A stretch of DNA of 64,000 nt from contig NW_024704743.1 of assembly GCF_018977255.1 (NCBI RefSeq), forward strand, positions 29,638,001-29,702,000, read 5' to 3'. A program made the translations under genes and the position numbers. Shown here piece after piece: positions 25,999 to 38,702 of the stretch. Origin of the DNA: Callorhinchus milii. Its lineage: Eukaryota. Numbering within the stretch: position 1 is the first letter of the stretch; every line of letters begins with the position of its first letter. Under the pieces are notes generated by a model that was given only the letters and a program-made list of their open reading frames with translations, was not told where the DNA came from and ran no database searches.

Positions 25999-28730
25999 CT
26001 GTGTACATAAAAAGAAGGGGAAAGTTATATCTCAGAGTTAACAAGAGGGAACAGTTCATTTCTATGGTAATTATTAGCACAAAACAGCTATTCAAGGAGC
26101 ACCTTACAAATTGCTTCAGTTGTCTCAGCAACAAAAACAATAACACATACAAAATTACTCATGCTCACACAATGCATGGATGGATTTGCAATTGAGCTGT
26201 AATGGTAGAATCAAAGAGAAACAGATACTTGGGTAGTAGAGGCACATTGTTCTATAAAATAAATTGTTGCTGCAATTTACAGTATATCACATGAATCGCT
26301 TTGAACTGTCTTCTTGACATGATAAAGCACTATATCAAAGGCAAGAATTATAATTATTAATATTATTGAGGGTTATTACAAAAGGGCAGGGCATTGGCCT
26401 TAAAAAATCTTTCGCTATGTTCCTATCACAGCGAGATCTGCACAATGTAGTGGGTGTAGATGAAGCACGGTGTTAGTATGTGCAGTGAGCTACACGTACA
26501 CAATTTATGACTCAACTCAGGCCACAATGCCTTTTGACTAATATGCCTGCAATGAGCAAGCTGTTACATGGCCAAAAGTAGCTGTGCAAACAATTCAACA
26601 GCAAATGTGATGCTACACAACAATTTCACATAAATAGAGCCAATGTGAGATAAATTATTCAGACTGTTTCAAGTTTCAGCAAGGTGAAGCGGGTCTGTTA
26701 CCATCAATCCTGAATTGTGCTGTCATCAAAGAAAGATTTTGGACCGACTTGCTTTGAGAATTCAGTTGATGTGCTACATTGCTGGCTGCCATGACATGAT
26801 GATTAACAGAGACGGATCTTCCATTTAATATAAAGCTAAAGGAAACACCCAAACTGCATGAACATTTTACACACAGTTTGGATATTTATTGTAGCTCTAT
26901 ATAAACACAGAACAATATCTAAGGGCAACAAAAGTCTCTGATGAGATTATATTGTTAAACATATTGTTAATGATTGAGCTACAAAAATGGTCTTGAACAT
27001 GTGTACCCATGAAGTATCGGCCCATTATACCCCAGCACTGGTAGAGGCCTCCGATTATATTCTTTGGCTGTTTCTTTTTGGAGAAGGCTACGTAGAAGGG
27101 AAATTAATAGCGGAGCGAGAAAATCTAAAAAAACATAAATCTATCCCACATTTTAGATACAGCGATTGATCCACACTGTGGTGTATACCTACGCATTCTG
27201 CTGTGTGCAAGTCTGGGGCAGAGTGGAGACAGAATGATGGGCAGACTGTAGGATTACTTGCAGCACAATGAGTTCTCAGAGTTCTTTTGGCAGACAGATG
27301 CCCCCAGTCATATTAAGACTTTGGAACAAGCAACTTAATTTTATATTGTACTTGCATATATGAGATCAACATTATGCCCCATTAAACACAGCCACAATAA
27401 AACATCACTCCCTGCATGCTAGCCAAGAAATGCAAGCAATGACATCTAGCACTGCAGTTCTTGTTATTCTTATATTAAAGTAGACCTGCATTGGGGCACT
27501 AGAAGAATACACTGACAGTGATGTATTATGGTGAGGTTGCAAATATTCTGCTCTAGATTGAAACAGTTTAGATCATTGCCTAGGCCAATATAAAATAAAT
27601 GAAGATCTTTTATTCCTTATTTTCTCAGCCTTTGCATATCATGCCTAAATTGCAACCCATGTTGTCATTCAGCTAAAACAATGCAATCAAATAGGTTGCA
27701 ATGTGTTTAGATCCCTGTTTCTGCTCCTGTCTGTTGACTGGAAGCAGATTGTGGCAGTGCAAAGTGTAATGGTTAAAGGGGGTAGGGTCACTGTCTTCAT
27801 AAAAAGGCTTTACAAAATCATTGCCTTCGGTCCTGTTTGTGGAGGGAGAAGAGTCCTGCATCATTTTCATCGCAACAATTTCAGCTACAAGGGACCAGGA
27901 ATGCATTTCAATGTGTTTTATGTCACCCTGTAGTGCACTTACACACAGACAAATAAGGTTTGCCAATTTATCATGAAGACCAGTGCCTCTTTAACCTGTC
28001 AGTAAATTGGTTTTACATTCTGTAGTGGGGTTAATTTGAATTACTCTGTTCCTTTAATAATCTGAGGTCAATGTACAGAATCTGTAGCTCTTTGATGGTT
28101 GAGGGATGAGGGTTGGGGATGGGATTAAAAAAGACATTTTCAGGCAATAATTTGAACTAAATACAGATTATTCTGTTGTCAAAAAGTAGGTGAGATACTC
28201 CCATCTAGTGGTCTGACAAGATATACCACACAGTGAATTCACTGCAACACCTTCTCATTCTGGGACATGAAAGGAATAGGAGACTATCAGCTCCTCCTTT
28301 TTGTTTATCAAGGAACAATACAACTGAACAAAGATTTGTCTGTCAGTGTAAGATCTGGCATTCAGAGACTGCAACTGAAATCCAATTGTTGGTCCCACTG
28401 CCATGGAGTCAAGAGTGAAAAAGAGCTCCAGAATCAGCTGCACAACCTGCTAAGTGTAAAACACAAAGCAAAGACTACAGTCGGATATAGAGCAAGTAAC
28501 TGGTAACTTAATGGGGGCTTAATGAACTTACCCCACAAGGCATTTGCTGTTGTGTAAAGAGCAACAGTGAAAAGGCCACAGTGAGCAGCAATCTCTTTAT
28601 GAATAAGCTCTATGTCTCTTCTGGTTTATCAGAGTCTTGTTCACAAGAAATTCACAAGAAACTCCATATCCCTGTGGATACTATGGTGTGTGAAGTTTCA
28701 GTTCAGAAATACTAAATTTCTCGATTGAAA

Positions 28731-28742
28731 TTATACAGTATT
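28731..28742 (-). CDS. MYLK4: Candidate short terminal coding piece for tail A (NTV-stop)
   Basis: Very strong polypyrimidine tract ttatcttttgcttctttttttcccgtttttcttttcag| followed by AAT ACT GTA TAA, in phase 0 with the 29440 donor. No protein-level support. Confidence 0.4.
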   Translation of the reverse strand, partial: NTV

Positions 28743-29412
28743 CTGAAAAGAAAAACGGGAAAAAAAGAAGCAAAAGATAAATCCACAGCTGCGTTTAAGG
28801 TGTTTACATTTCTGAAAATGACTAATTAAATCTTTTCTGAAAGTTTATTTTAAACTTTTTATAACATGCACACACACACAGTTTGCAGGCAACATGGGAC
28901 TGCTCATGTAAGAGATTACTAGGAATAAATGTAACTTTGTAAACACATGGATGACCTGGTATCTGCAGCAGAGCAAAGATGTTTTGCTGAAAGATGGAAA
29001 CAGCAGCTATAAATTAACTATAATGTATAACTGGCTGGACTGCATGCAGGTATCAAGCAGCTAATGATCCTTAACAAGAATATTATATTACTTTTCCTGA
29101 TTTATTAATGAGCTCCACGAATGACATTTTCACCTTCCATTCTAGCAAGATCGCCAAGCATACAATGCAGTCTGGATAAAGGCAGCACATCATAAAAAAA
29201 TCCTTTTTTGTTTCACTTGCAAAACGATAACTGAACACATTTACAAGCAGATCCTTATGCAACATCAAGCCCATGTTCATGAAAACACTCATAACAGCCT
29301 TTTCTCATGTGCTTTAACATGTAGCAAGAACTTCAATCATCTAAGCAAGTGCGAAGTTCAATGAATATGGGCCTGACCACCACGATAAAGCCAATGAAAA
29401 GATTCACTGTTT

Positions 29413-29518
29413 TCAGGACGGATGTAGAGAATGTAAGACCTTGCGACTGAGCCTGTAATGCAGGTTGTGGTCTGACAGCCAACGGTGTTTAAGGGCCTCT
29501 TTTGCACTAACTCTCCAG
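29413..29518 (-). CDS. MYLK4: Alternative tail exon A: MYLK4-type C-terminus without CaM-binding segment
   Basis: Acceptor ttttcctttag|C TGG AGA encodes (G)WRVSAKEALKHRWLSDHNLHYRLSRK. It then either reads through VLHSLHPS* (TGA 29415-29413) or uses a weak donor AAG|gtctta at 29440. Closely resembles the MYLK4 tail as I recall it (WRISASEALKHPWLSDHKLHSRL). Confidence 0.9.
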
Positions 29519-29986
29519 CTAAAGGAAAATAAAAATAAAATCACAGGAATTTATATGAAATATGCATTGAATAGACCAACTGATTTTCAGGGAGCACTTA
29601 TATAAATAAACTATATTAACAATTTGACATTAGTATATTATTTATAGGTATTTCTTCACCTCTCACTCCCATTACTACTTGTAAGAAGAACATTAGACAA
29701 TTTGTATTTTACTAAATGGCAATTAATGAGCTGCTATTCTTTTATGCAATAATAGTATCTAACTTACACTCAAGGTGAATTGACTTTGTAACATAAATTT
29801 TTATGAGCCTTCAAGTGATTGACATGTTATGGTAATGAAGTGTTAAAATTAGCAATGTACAGCAAGTTATTTGAAAGTATAACTCTTGAGTACTATTTTA
29901 GAAAGCCACATGAAAACAACAGCTTGGATTGCAAATAATAACTGGAAGCTATAACGTGGTGTATGGTGTACAATAAACAGATGTAC

Positions 29987-30139
29987 CCCTTTTCCTTGAT
30001 GAGAAGTTTGGATATGAATTCTTTGGCATCCTCTGAGACATTGTCAAATTCTTCATCGTCAAAGTCCCAACTACAGGTAAGAATGTTGTTCAGGGTCTCA
30101 TTGTCATCCTCTCCAAGGAATGGAGAAAGTCCGGTGAGC
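29987..30139 (-). CDS. MYLK4: MLCK last shared kinase exon (subdomains X-XI)
   Basis: ctctag|G CTC ACC encodes LTGLSPFLGEDDNETLNNILTCSWDFDDEEFDNVSEDAKEFISKLLIKEK. Ends GG|gtacat (phase 2). 153 nt. Confidence 0.96.
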
Positions 30140-30648
30140 CTAGAGTCAACAGGAAAAGATAAATTGGAGGGAGATGCATCAGTAAAGATCTCCTGTGTAT
30201 AAACCTGCAGTCTGTGATTGACTAATAGCTGTTGCCAAAATGTGAATCGCTTGAATACTAGTGAAAAGGATAAATAGGAATGTAGAAAAGAGATCTGGTT
30301 ACAAGCTGGGCAGGACTGGGAGCTAAATATTTCAGGCTATAAGATCTTTAGAAAAGACAGGGACATTGGGAAAGGAGGAGGAGTAGCAATATTGATAAAA
30401 GTCACTATTACAGCAGTGGAAAGGAAAGATTTCAGTAAGGACGATGAGGTAGTGAAACACTGTGGGTAGAAGTAAGGAACAGCAAAGGAGATAAGACTCT
30501 GTTGGGAGTAGTCTACAGACCTCCTGAGAGTTGTGATGAAGTAGGGAAATGTATAAATCAGAGATCAGGGAAGCATGTAGCAAGAGCAATGTGGTTATAA
30601 TGGGAGATTTCAATTTTCACAAAGAACTGGGAGAAGCAGGACACCTCG

Positions 30649-30973
30649 GTGGAGTCCTGTAGCTCAGTGGTTAGAGCACTCGCTTTGCAAGTGAGAGACC
30701 TGAGTTCAATTCCAGGCAGGGCGAAAACTTAGACAAGTTTCCTTATTCCACACGCCTAATAATAATCCCTCCAAAAAAAAACAAAACAATAATAAATTGG
30801 TCATTTTCAATCTACAACTGTTTGTGGGACATTGCTGTGCGCAATTGGCTGCCGCGTTCGCCCACAAATACCAGTCAATTCACTTTACAGTGTGTTCTGT
30901 GAAGCGCTTTGGGACGTCCTCCCGACGTGAAAAGCGCTATATCAAATGCAAGGATTATTATTATTATTATTAT
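30649..30973 (+). mobile_element. tRNA-derived SINE (internally deleted) inserted in a CR1
   Basis: Same head and tail as the 38703 copy, with CR1 sequence on both sides. Confidence 0.85.
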
Positions 30974-31147
30974 AAAGGCAACACATTTCTAAAATGTATT
31001 CAGGATAGTTTTTTTGGAACAACATGTTTTAGAACTTTCAAGGGAACAAGCCATACCGGATTTGGTGATGAGTAATGAAGCAGAACTAGTCAACAATCTG
31101 ACAGTAAAGGAACATCTTGCAAATAGTGATCATAATATGATTGTAAT

Positions 31148-31716
31148 GAAAGCTATGCAAACTCCTTACTTGTCGGCTCCCCAACTCCTCCCTACATAGG
31201 TTGCAGATCATCTAGAACTCTGTAGCCCATGTCCTCTCCTGCACCTATCAGCCCCATCCTCGCCCGACTCCACTGGCTTCCCATCACACAGAGGATACTG
31301 TACAAGATCTTAGTACTCACCTTCAAAGCCTTCCATGGTCTTGCTCCCCCCTACTCTGCAACCTTCTAACCCCCTACCAAACTGCTCGCTCCCTCCGCTC
31401 AGCGGGCTCTAGCCTGCTTCATGTCTCCCACGTCACTCGCCCCACTATTGGTGGGCGGGACTTCTGCCACTCTGCTCCCACCCTCTGGAACTCCATCCCG
31501 CAGTCCCTCCACCTCTCCCTCTCCCTTGCCTGCTTCAAGACCCATCTCAAGACTCTCCTCTTCGACCGTGCTTTCGATCACTTGCTTTACCCACTGCCCT
31601 CCACCTGCCCCGATCCCGACCCCCAGCTCGGGTCCAAAACTCTTGTCTGTCCAGGGCAATGGGACGTCCTCCCTACATTAAAGGCGCTATACAAATATAA
31701 TTTTGTTGTTGTTTCC
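31148..31716 (+). mobile_element. L2 3' fragment inserted in the CR1
   Basis: ctccactggcttccc (LHWLP) and L2 tail. Flanking direct repeat attgtaat at 31140-31147 and 31717-31724. Confidence 0.8.
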
Positions 31717-34700
31717 ATTGTAATACAATTAAATTGGATTTGAGAGGGAAAAGGGAGAGTCCCAAACCAAGGTTTTAAATTTAAGTAAGGCAAGCTTTGA
31801 TGGAATGAGAAATATATTGACCACAATAAACTGGGCTGAAGTGTTAATGGGTGAACTTGCAGATGAACAATGGGAAGTATTCAAAAAAGTATTTGATACA
31901 ATACAGAACAAGAACATACCCCTAAAATGCAAAAGCTCCAATCGTGTAGATACAGAAAAGTTATTTCTTCCGGTCGGGAATCCAAAGCAAGGGGGCATAG
32001 TCTTAAAATTAGAACCAGGCATTTAAGAATGAAATCAGGAAGAATTTTTCCACTCAAAGGGTGGTAGAAATCTGGAATGCTCTCCCCGAAAAGGCCATGG
32101 ATGTTGGAACCATCCACACCTTCAAGAGTGAGGTTGATAGATTTTTGGTAGGTCAGAGTATTAAGGGATATGGGGAGAAAGCGAGAAATTGGAATTGAAA
32201 AGATTAGTTGTACAGATCAGCCATGATCTAATTAAATGGTGAAACAGGCTCGAAGGGCTGAATGGCCTCCTCCTGTTCCTATGTTCCTATGTTCCTATGG
32301 CCTCCTCCTGTTCCTATGTTCCTACGAATAATTGTCTTCCAGACCAAACAGAATAAACATTTCAAATTCTATTCATTTGTTGGAACCTTTTTTTTAACAC
32401 CCATTAATTCACATGCATCCTTCCATACCAAGGACAGACCACAGTCAGCAATGGAGGATACCTGGAGCAATCATCAACCATTAGATTTAGCAGTGTGCAG
32501 CTGAAACTTAGTAAAATAACACAAATAACACCAGTAATAAGAAAATAATCAGGACAGCACTGATCTTAACTCTGTCAATGTTTGTCATGAGCCATCAATA
32601 TAAAAGTTGCAATCTTTGCCCTTAACAAATTGAGTGTAATTTGCAATATATCAGAATGGAATTACATAATAAGGAATATCATTTAAATTTCCTTAGATTC
32701 TACTCCGAAGTAGAGTTGTCATAGATCAACACATTGCACTTCTGGTTACTTGAGTGACTTGGATTAAAAACATAGAAATCTACAGGGCAGAAAGAGGCCA
32801 TTCTGCCCATCTAGCTCATACTGACTCACACAGGAAGGAGATCACTTCAATCCCACCATCCATCTTATCTTACTTATTAATAAACCCCATTGGGAAATGT
32901 AGAAGTACCAATTATATCCCTATTATTTTGGACTCTCGAGATCTTTGTGGAAAGGGCTTTCAGTATTTGAAGTATAAACGGAAAGAAACCAAAACAAAAG
33001 GAATACATTAAAGTGTAGGCTAAGTACAGTGGGAAACTGCTGATGAAAATGAATTGGATTTCTTAATGAGTATAAATCCATATCAAAGAGTAAACATAGT
33101 AAGATAGTTGCCTCTCATTTCTTTCTCAAAGTGAGATAGACCATTGGACTATAATGGTCTTTTCTGACCTTGGACAGCCTTATGTCCCTAATTCTAGCTA
33201 CAATATGTTGACCGTGGTATGCACCAGTTTCGCTAGAATTCACGAGAGTAAGATGATCTAATTAAATCAGATGTGGAGTGCTTAACTGGGTATCAGAGAT
33301 GTCCCTTGTTCTCCCCGACTATTCCAAGGGACCCCTTTGGCCCTGAAATTGTTTGGGGTTGCTATATTCCAGGGTGACAGTAGTGCTGTTGAGATAAGAA
33401 TGTTGTGAGTAAGGAATGAACGTTGTTTAATGGCTGTCATTTTTGATGGTGTCAGTTTGTGTTGATGTGGCAAGTGGATCCAGGTGCTACCTCACAGTGA
33501 GAAAGGGAAAAATATTGGACATTCCCCTAGATCATATTCATCCACCATCTCCTAGATAATAATAATCATCCATACATTTGATATAGCACCTTTCACTTTG
33601 ATAGGATGTCTCAAAGCACTTCACAGGATTTACTGCAAAGTGGAATGTGTATGTCACAAGCTTTGAGAGCAGCTCTCTAACTCATGTTTTGGTCAGGGTG
33701 GTGCAAGCTTTTGTTATTGAATGGTGCAGTGAGTAACAGCAAGAAAAAACAGAACACCTCAAAATCAGTTTAAAACATTAAACCTATTAAGTTAAGCACT
33801 CTGAGACATTGCCCGTATGAAGGGCAGTGTATAAATGCAAGTTGCTTATTGTATACCTGTTCTGTAATAATCAATTATTTTGTTCACTGTAAAGACTTGT
33901 TTACCACCTAACTAAGCTGAAGAAACTGTTTCTAAACCAAAAAGCATAGTAACTGTGAAATTACTTTGGGAGGAAGGTGAGAGATAGACAACGTGATGTG
34001 ATTTTAAGTCCTGGTGGTAATTATCACACCACATACTGCATTCGTTCCCCCTGTTTTGTACATGAATGCTGGTAAAGCCATATGTTCCACATGTTCAATT
34101 CAATTATTAGCTACAATTAGCACAAAGTCTCTCTTACATTCACAATGCTTTTAAGTGAATATAATTATTTTTCAACTGCACTGACTGAATGCTTTTAACT
34201 TTCAATAGTTTTCCTGTATGGGGATTCAGTGCGACTGAGGAATGCAGATCATCTAAGGAGGTTTTCTGGTTGACTGCCCCTAAGGAGGCGGCTTGATTCA
34301 GAGTGAGAGTGAGAAGTTAATTAAGCAGAACTACAAGGATATTTGATTATGGTAATTACAAACGTTTTTGGAATGGACGGTAAAGATTTGTTCAGAGGGA
34401 AGTAGACTGCAGGACACACTGAACGAGATGCCATTGGGAGGGGCCTGCTTAACTTGGACCTCTGCTAATTGGTAATGAACATTGTCGGATAAATACTGCT
34501 GAGACATTAGCTGGAGCAGAGCTGAGGTTAGCTGGTTGGATCTGCCAACAAAAGCAGGCAATGGGACGATGGTACTGTTGACTCAGAGTCCTGAAGGCAT
34601 ATTTCACAAGACACACACTGAAATAATATTACGAGGTTTTCAAATGTCAAAAATGTCCATCTGCTAACAGAATGCAACAAAGTTTGTCTGTAAATATCTC

Positions 34701-35124
34701 AGAAATAATTTACTTTTATGGCAGCATTTCCTGGAATTTACATTACAGATTTGAGATACATATTAATTTCTTTAAAATCACAAATATATCTCAGATGTCT
34801 TCTAATGGTCTTCATTCATTTGTTGCTAATCTCTCAAGCCATTTGACTATATTTACTTTATGCTGGTGTGCTATTGCATGGACATCAGTTGCTGAATGGC
34901 TTTCTAACAGTAGCGTGAGCCTAGGTTGATTTTCCCATTCTAAACCAGGGAAAATCTATGCCAACTATAGCATGCTTGCTGGTCCGTTGGGTGAGATGCA
35001 ACACAGATGGCATCAAACTGCTGCATTCGGATAATGCAACACAGGTGGGATCAAACTTGGTAGGGAGGTCCAAGCTGGACAGGCAATGCCAAGGCAGGCA
35101 ATGGAATCACCAAGTCAGTTCTTA

Positions 35125-35499
35125 CCTATACTTATAAAACGACAATGTCTGTTTGTCTGTGTGTCGTGTATCCATCAATCATCCAATAACCGATTGAAGC
35201 AGGGACATGATTTATACCTCATCTGACAGTGTCATGGGCATATTTGTTTTGAGGGGGAACTCCTATCGTTGATGAGGAGATATATTAAAAAATGCTTTAA
35301 TTAAGCGCCAAAATATGAGGTATGCATCGTATTTTGTAGCTACGTAGCAACAGAGGAAAGCAGACACCGTTCAGAGAGATACATCTATATTCTGCAACAA
35401 ATGAATGGGACTTTTTTCTGGTTGTCATGAGAGTTAAAGTCCTCCCTTGTGGGACAGACAGAGAGAGACTGAGAAAAAGAGACTGAGATCGTGAGAATG

Positions 35500-35530
<31 letters not shown>

Positions 35531-36023
35531 CTAAGAGAGAATATATTATAAAGTGTAGGGACTGTGTGTTTTGTGGGAGAGACAGAGAAAGACTGAGAGA
35601 GACAGGCTGAGAGAAAGAGACGAGAGAGACTGAAAGAGACTGAGAGTGAGACTGGAAGAGAGTCACAGAGAGAGACTGGGAGAGAGAGACTGAGAGAGAA
35701 AGAGAGAGACTGAGACAGTGAGAGAGAGACTGAGAGAGAGAGATAGGGAGACTGGGAGAGAGACTGAGAGAGACACTGAGGGATAGACAGAGAGAGAGAG
35801 ACTGAGAGAGAGCGAGACTAAGAGAGACTGAGAGAGACAGATAGAGAGAGATTGAGAGAGAGAGACTGAGAGAAAATATATTAAAGGAGTCCTTCCACTG
35901 AGTCCTCCCAAAAGGAGTCCTCCCAGCTAAGTATAGATAAAAATGAAATGTCTGTCTGTGTGTCAATCTATATTCCATATTGGATCCTTTGGTTGCAAGC
36001 GAAGTTGCAACAGGTACAGCTAG
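35125..36023 (+). mobile_element. Non-autonomous Helitron-like element containing a complex GA microsatellite
   Basis: 3' hairpin GTTGCAA-gcgaag-TTGCAAC (35992-36011), 8 nt spacer, CTAG (36020-36023), then T. 5' region (t/c)ctatacttataaaa...atgtctgtttgtctgt after an A. Confidence 0.7.
35455..35873. repeat. Compound (GA)n/(GAGACT)n microsatellite
   Basis: Directly visible. It produces the spurious Ser/Leu-rich ORFs. Confidence 0.95.
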
Positions 36024-37241
36024 TAATCTATAAGTTTGTGTTCACTCAGAATGCTACTAAGGTTGTCTGAACTCATTTCACATAGGACCCTTATAACTTG
36101 TACAAAAGGGAACATTTCAAACCATTGCACTGGGAAGGATTATTTTTACACAGGCCACAAAAGTGTACTGATTCAATAGTATAGTATAAAATACTGCCTA
36201 TTCCCTGAAATTTGACTATTTTGTGGGCGGGGCGGCGATGAGGTTGACATGTTCTCCAGAGAGCTAAGCTGAGTTGAGTTGGCTCCAAGGTGACATGCTT
36301 GATAACAAAGATCAGAATTGAGGCAATCTTTTGTAGCAGTTTAGGTAATGATATAATAATAATCCTTCCATTTGATACAATGCAGTATCATATCACTGAG
36401 ACGTCACAAAGGGAATACTGTAAGATGGAGTGATTGTGTACATTTTGTAGCGTGCCACACTATAGGGTCCCCAAGCCTTAACTATCCCCAACCTGCACCC
36501 CAAAGAATCCCCAAGCCTCCCCTCACTGGAAATAGATAATTAGGATGCATCCCTCTAGGGAGAGAGTGCTCATTCTATCCAGACAGAAATTTCCATGCAA
36601 AGGTGGCATACAGATGTGGAATGCCAGTCTTTTTTGGATACTCTTAAGAACTAGGGAAAGGTTTCTGCATGTGTGAGACACCTGGCTGACTAAAACATTT
36701 TTTTTAATTCCAGAGAATGGGAAAATTAGTGCAGGGCCAGCAAGTATCTGTGCACTATAATTTATTGATGTAAATGAGGAATACTGACATTTGTAGCAAG
36801 TTTTGCAAGGTGAGGCAGCATTTATCTGTGTGTCAGCAGAGTTTTGGGGCTGCAATGTCTGCAGGGTAGAGGAAAGTCAGATTATAGCTGCTGCCCTTTG
36901 AGTTACATCGATCTGAAAGTTCATGATTGCACTTCCACAGACAGTTTCCCCTGGACTTGGCAGTGATTTGAGCAAATACACTGAATCCAGCTGTCCAATG
37001 ATTTACAGCAGGTTTAATATCATGGTTGGTTGTTCTTACCTTGCTCTGTGCATTTTTGCATTCTTCTAACCCTCCCTTGCATTGTACAGAATTGCTCTAT
37101 TGTCATCTCTCAATTACACAGTGCAGGAGAGAAACAAGGAAAAAGGCCTCCGTATGGAATAAGAAGAATGGAGGTGATAAATTTAGAATATGATTCCCTC
37201 TGATTCCCCCACTCCCCCTCCGAGCCCCTGTATTATACTTA

Positions 37242-37409
<168 letters not shown>

Positions 37410-38702
37410 TCATCTCCATCCATTCACCTGTAAAATGGTATATACCAGTAACACCTATATTAAAGACAAAACCAGATTACTTCCTGAATTTTAACCATTT
37501 GTCTGGACAAGGAGGAATCTATATTTTAATATCTCTAAATTTAAATTTTATAGTAAAGCATAAAATAATTTTATCAAAGACTTATTACCTCTCTCTTTAA
37601 TGTTATACACAATTGCGTAAAAATTCCATTTAGCATCAGCCACATGAATGGAATTTCCCATTCATGGCAAAAGGTAGTGTGTGCAACACTGAATGGAATT
37701 ATTACCCCAATATTCAACATGTGTTGTTCACAGATACCAGCAAGCGTTTCGATCTGGATCTGAATCCTAATATAAGAGCAGAACAAATCTTCTTCAGTGT
37801 TTGTGAACAGTGCATATTGGACTCAGTTACAGTGAAAGGTGCATGTTGGACCCAGTTAATAATCATAATAATCCTTGCATTTGATATATAGTCTTTCATT
37901 TAGTGAGGATGTCTCAAAGCTCTTTACAATGTTTACTGTGAAGTGGACTGACTGTATTTTTGTAGGCGAACACAGCAGTCCATTTGCTCAGAGCAATGGC
38001 CCACAACAGCCAAGAAATGAATGACCAATTGTATTTGGGGGATTGTTAGCCAGGACACCAGGAGAAACTCCTAAGTTAGTGAACAGTGCATTTTGGACCC
38101 AAGCCCATTTTGAATTCAATAGTCTTAACATGCTGGGCAGCATACCTTATAGGACTTGATAACACATGCTACCCAGCATGGAAGGTGCTACATAAATGCA
38201 AGTGGTTGTTGTTAATGATGGTGCTAAGCGATTATAATGGGGAAATCCCATTAGAGACTTATATTAACTTTATCGAACGCCAACCACCTGAATTATATTG
38301 TTCAACAACAACTAGATCACACAAAAAATAAAACAATGGAAATTATAGTAAGCACGGCATATCACAAGTAAGCAAAACTATTTTATTGTTAATAATAATA
38401 ATCCTCGCATTGGATGTACTGCCTTTCACATTGGATGACATTTCAAAGCGCTTTACTGTTGTTGTACTGTGTCTGTTCAATTAATGAAAGCAACAATAAC
38501 ACATGTTCTGCAAAACCTGATGGCTTTTCAATCAAACATGTCCAGCAATTCAATAAAATACAACAATTTAAATTTCCATTTTTATAGCATTGGGAGGACA
38601 TCATAAAGCCCTTAAGATTACTGGATGGCATCTGAACAGAGAGTACGAGTTGAGCGGCTGGGAGGGGAATGATGTTGACCAAAAAAAATGGTAAAAAAGT
38701 AG

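Larger units (their letters stand above)
30230..32323 (+). mobile_element. CR1 LINE (endonuclease part joined to 3' end) with nested SINE and L2
   Basis: APE-like remnants (GGGVAIL, MGDFN, HLANSDHNMI), then CR1 3' UTR with (gttcctat)n terminal repeats. Confidence 0.85.

Noticed and set aside
27052..27090. Possible extra terminal exon PSPKRNSQRI* after the acceptor-like ttcccttctacgtag (minus strand)
   Set aside because: No homology support, and such acceptor-like sites are common.
35385..35978. 197-aa Ser/Leu-rich ORF
   Set aside because: It is a translation of the GA microsatellite.
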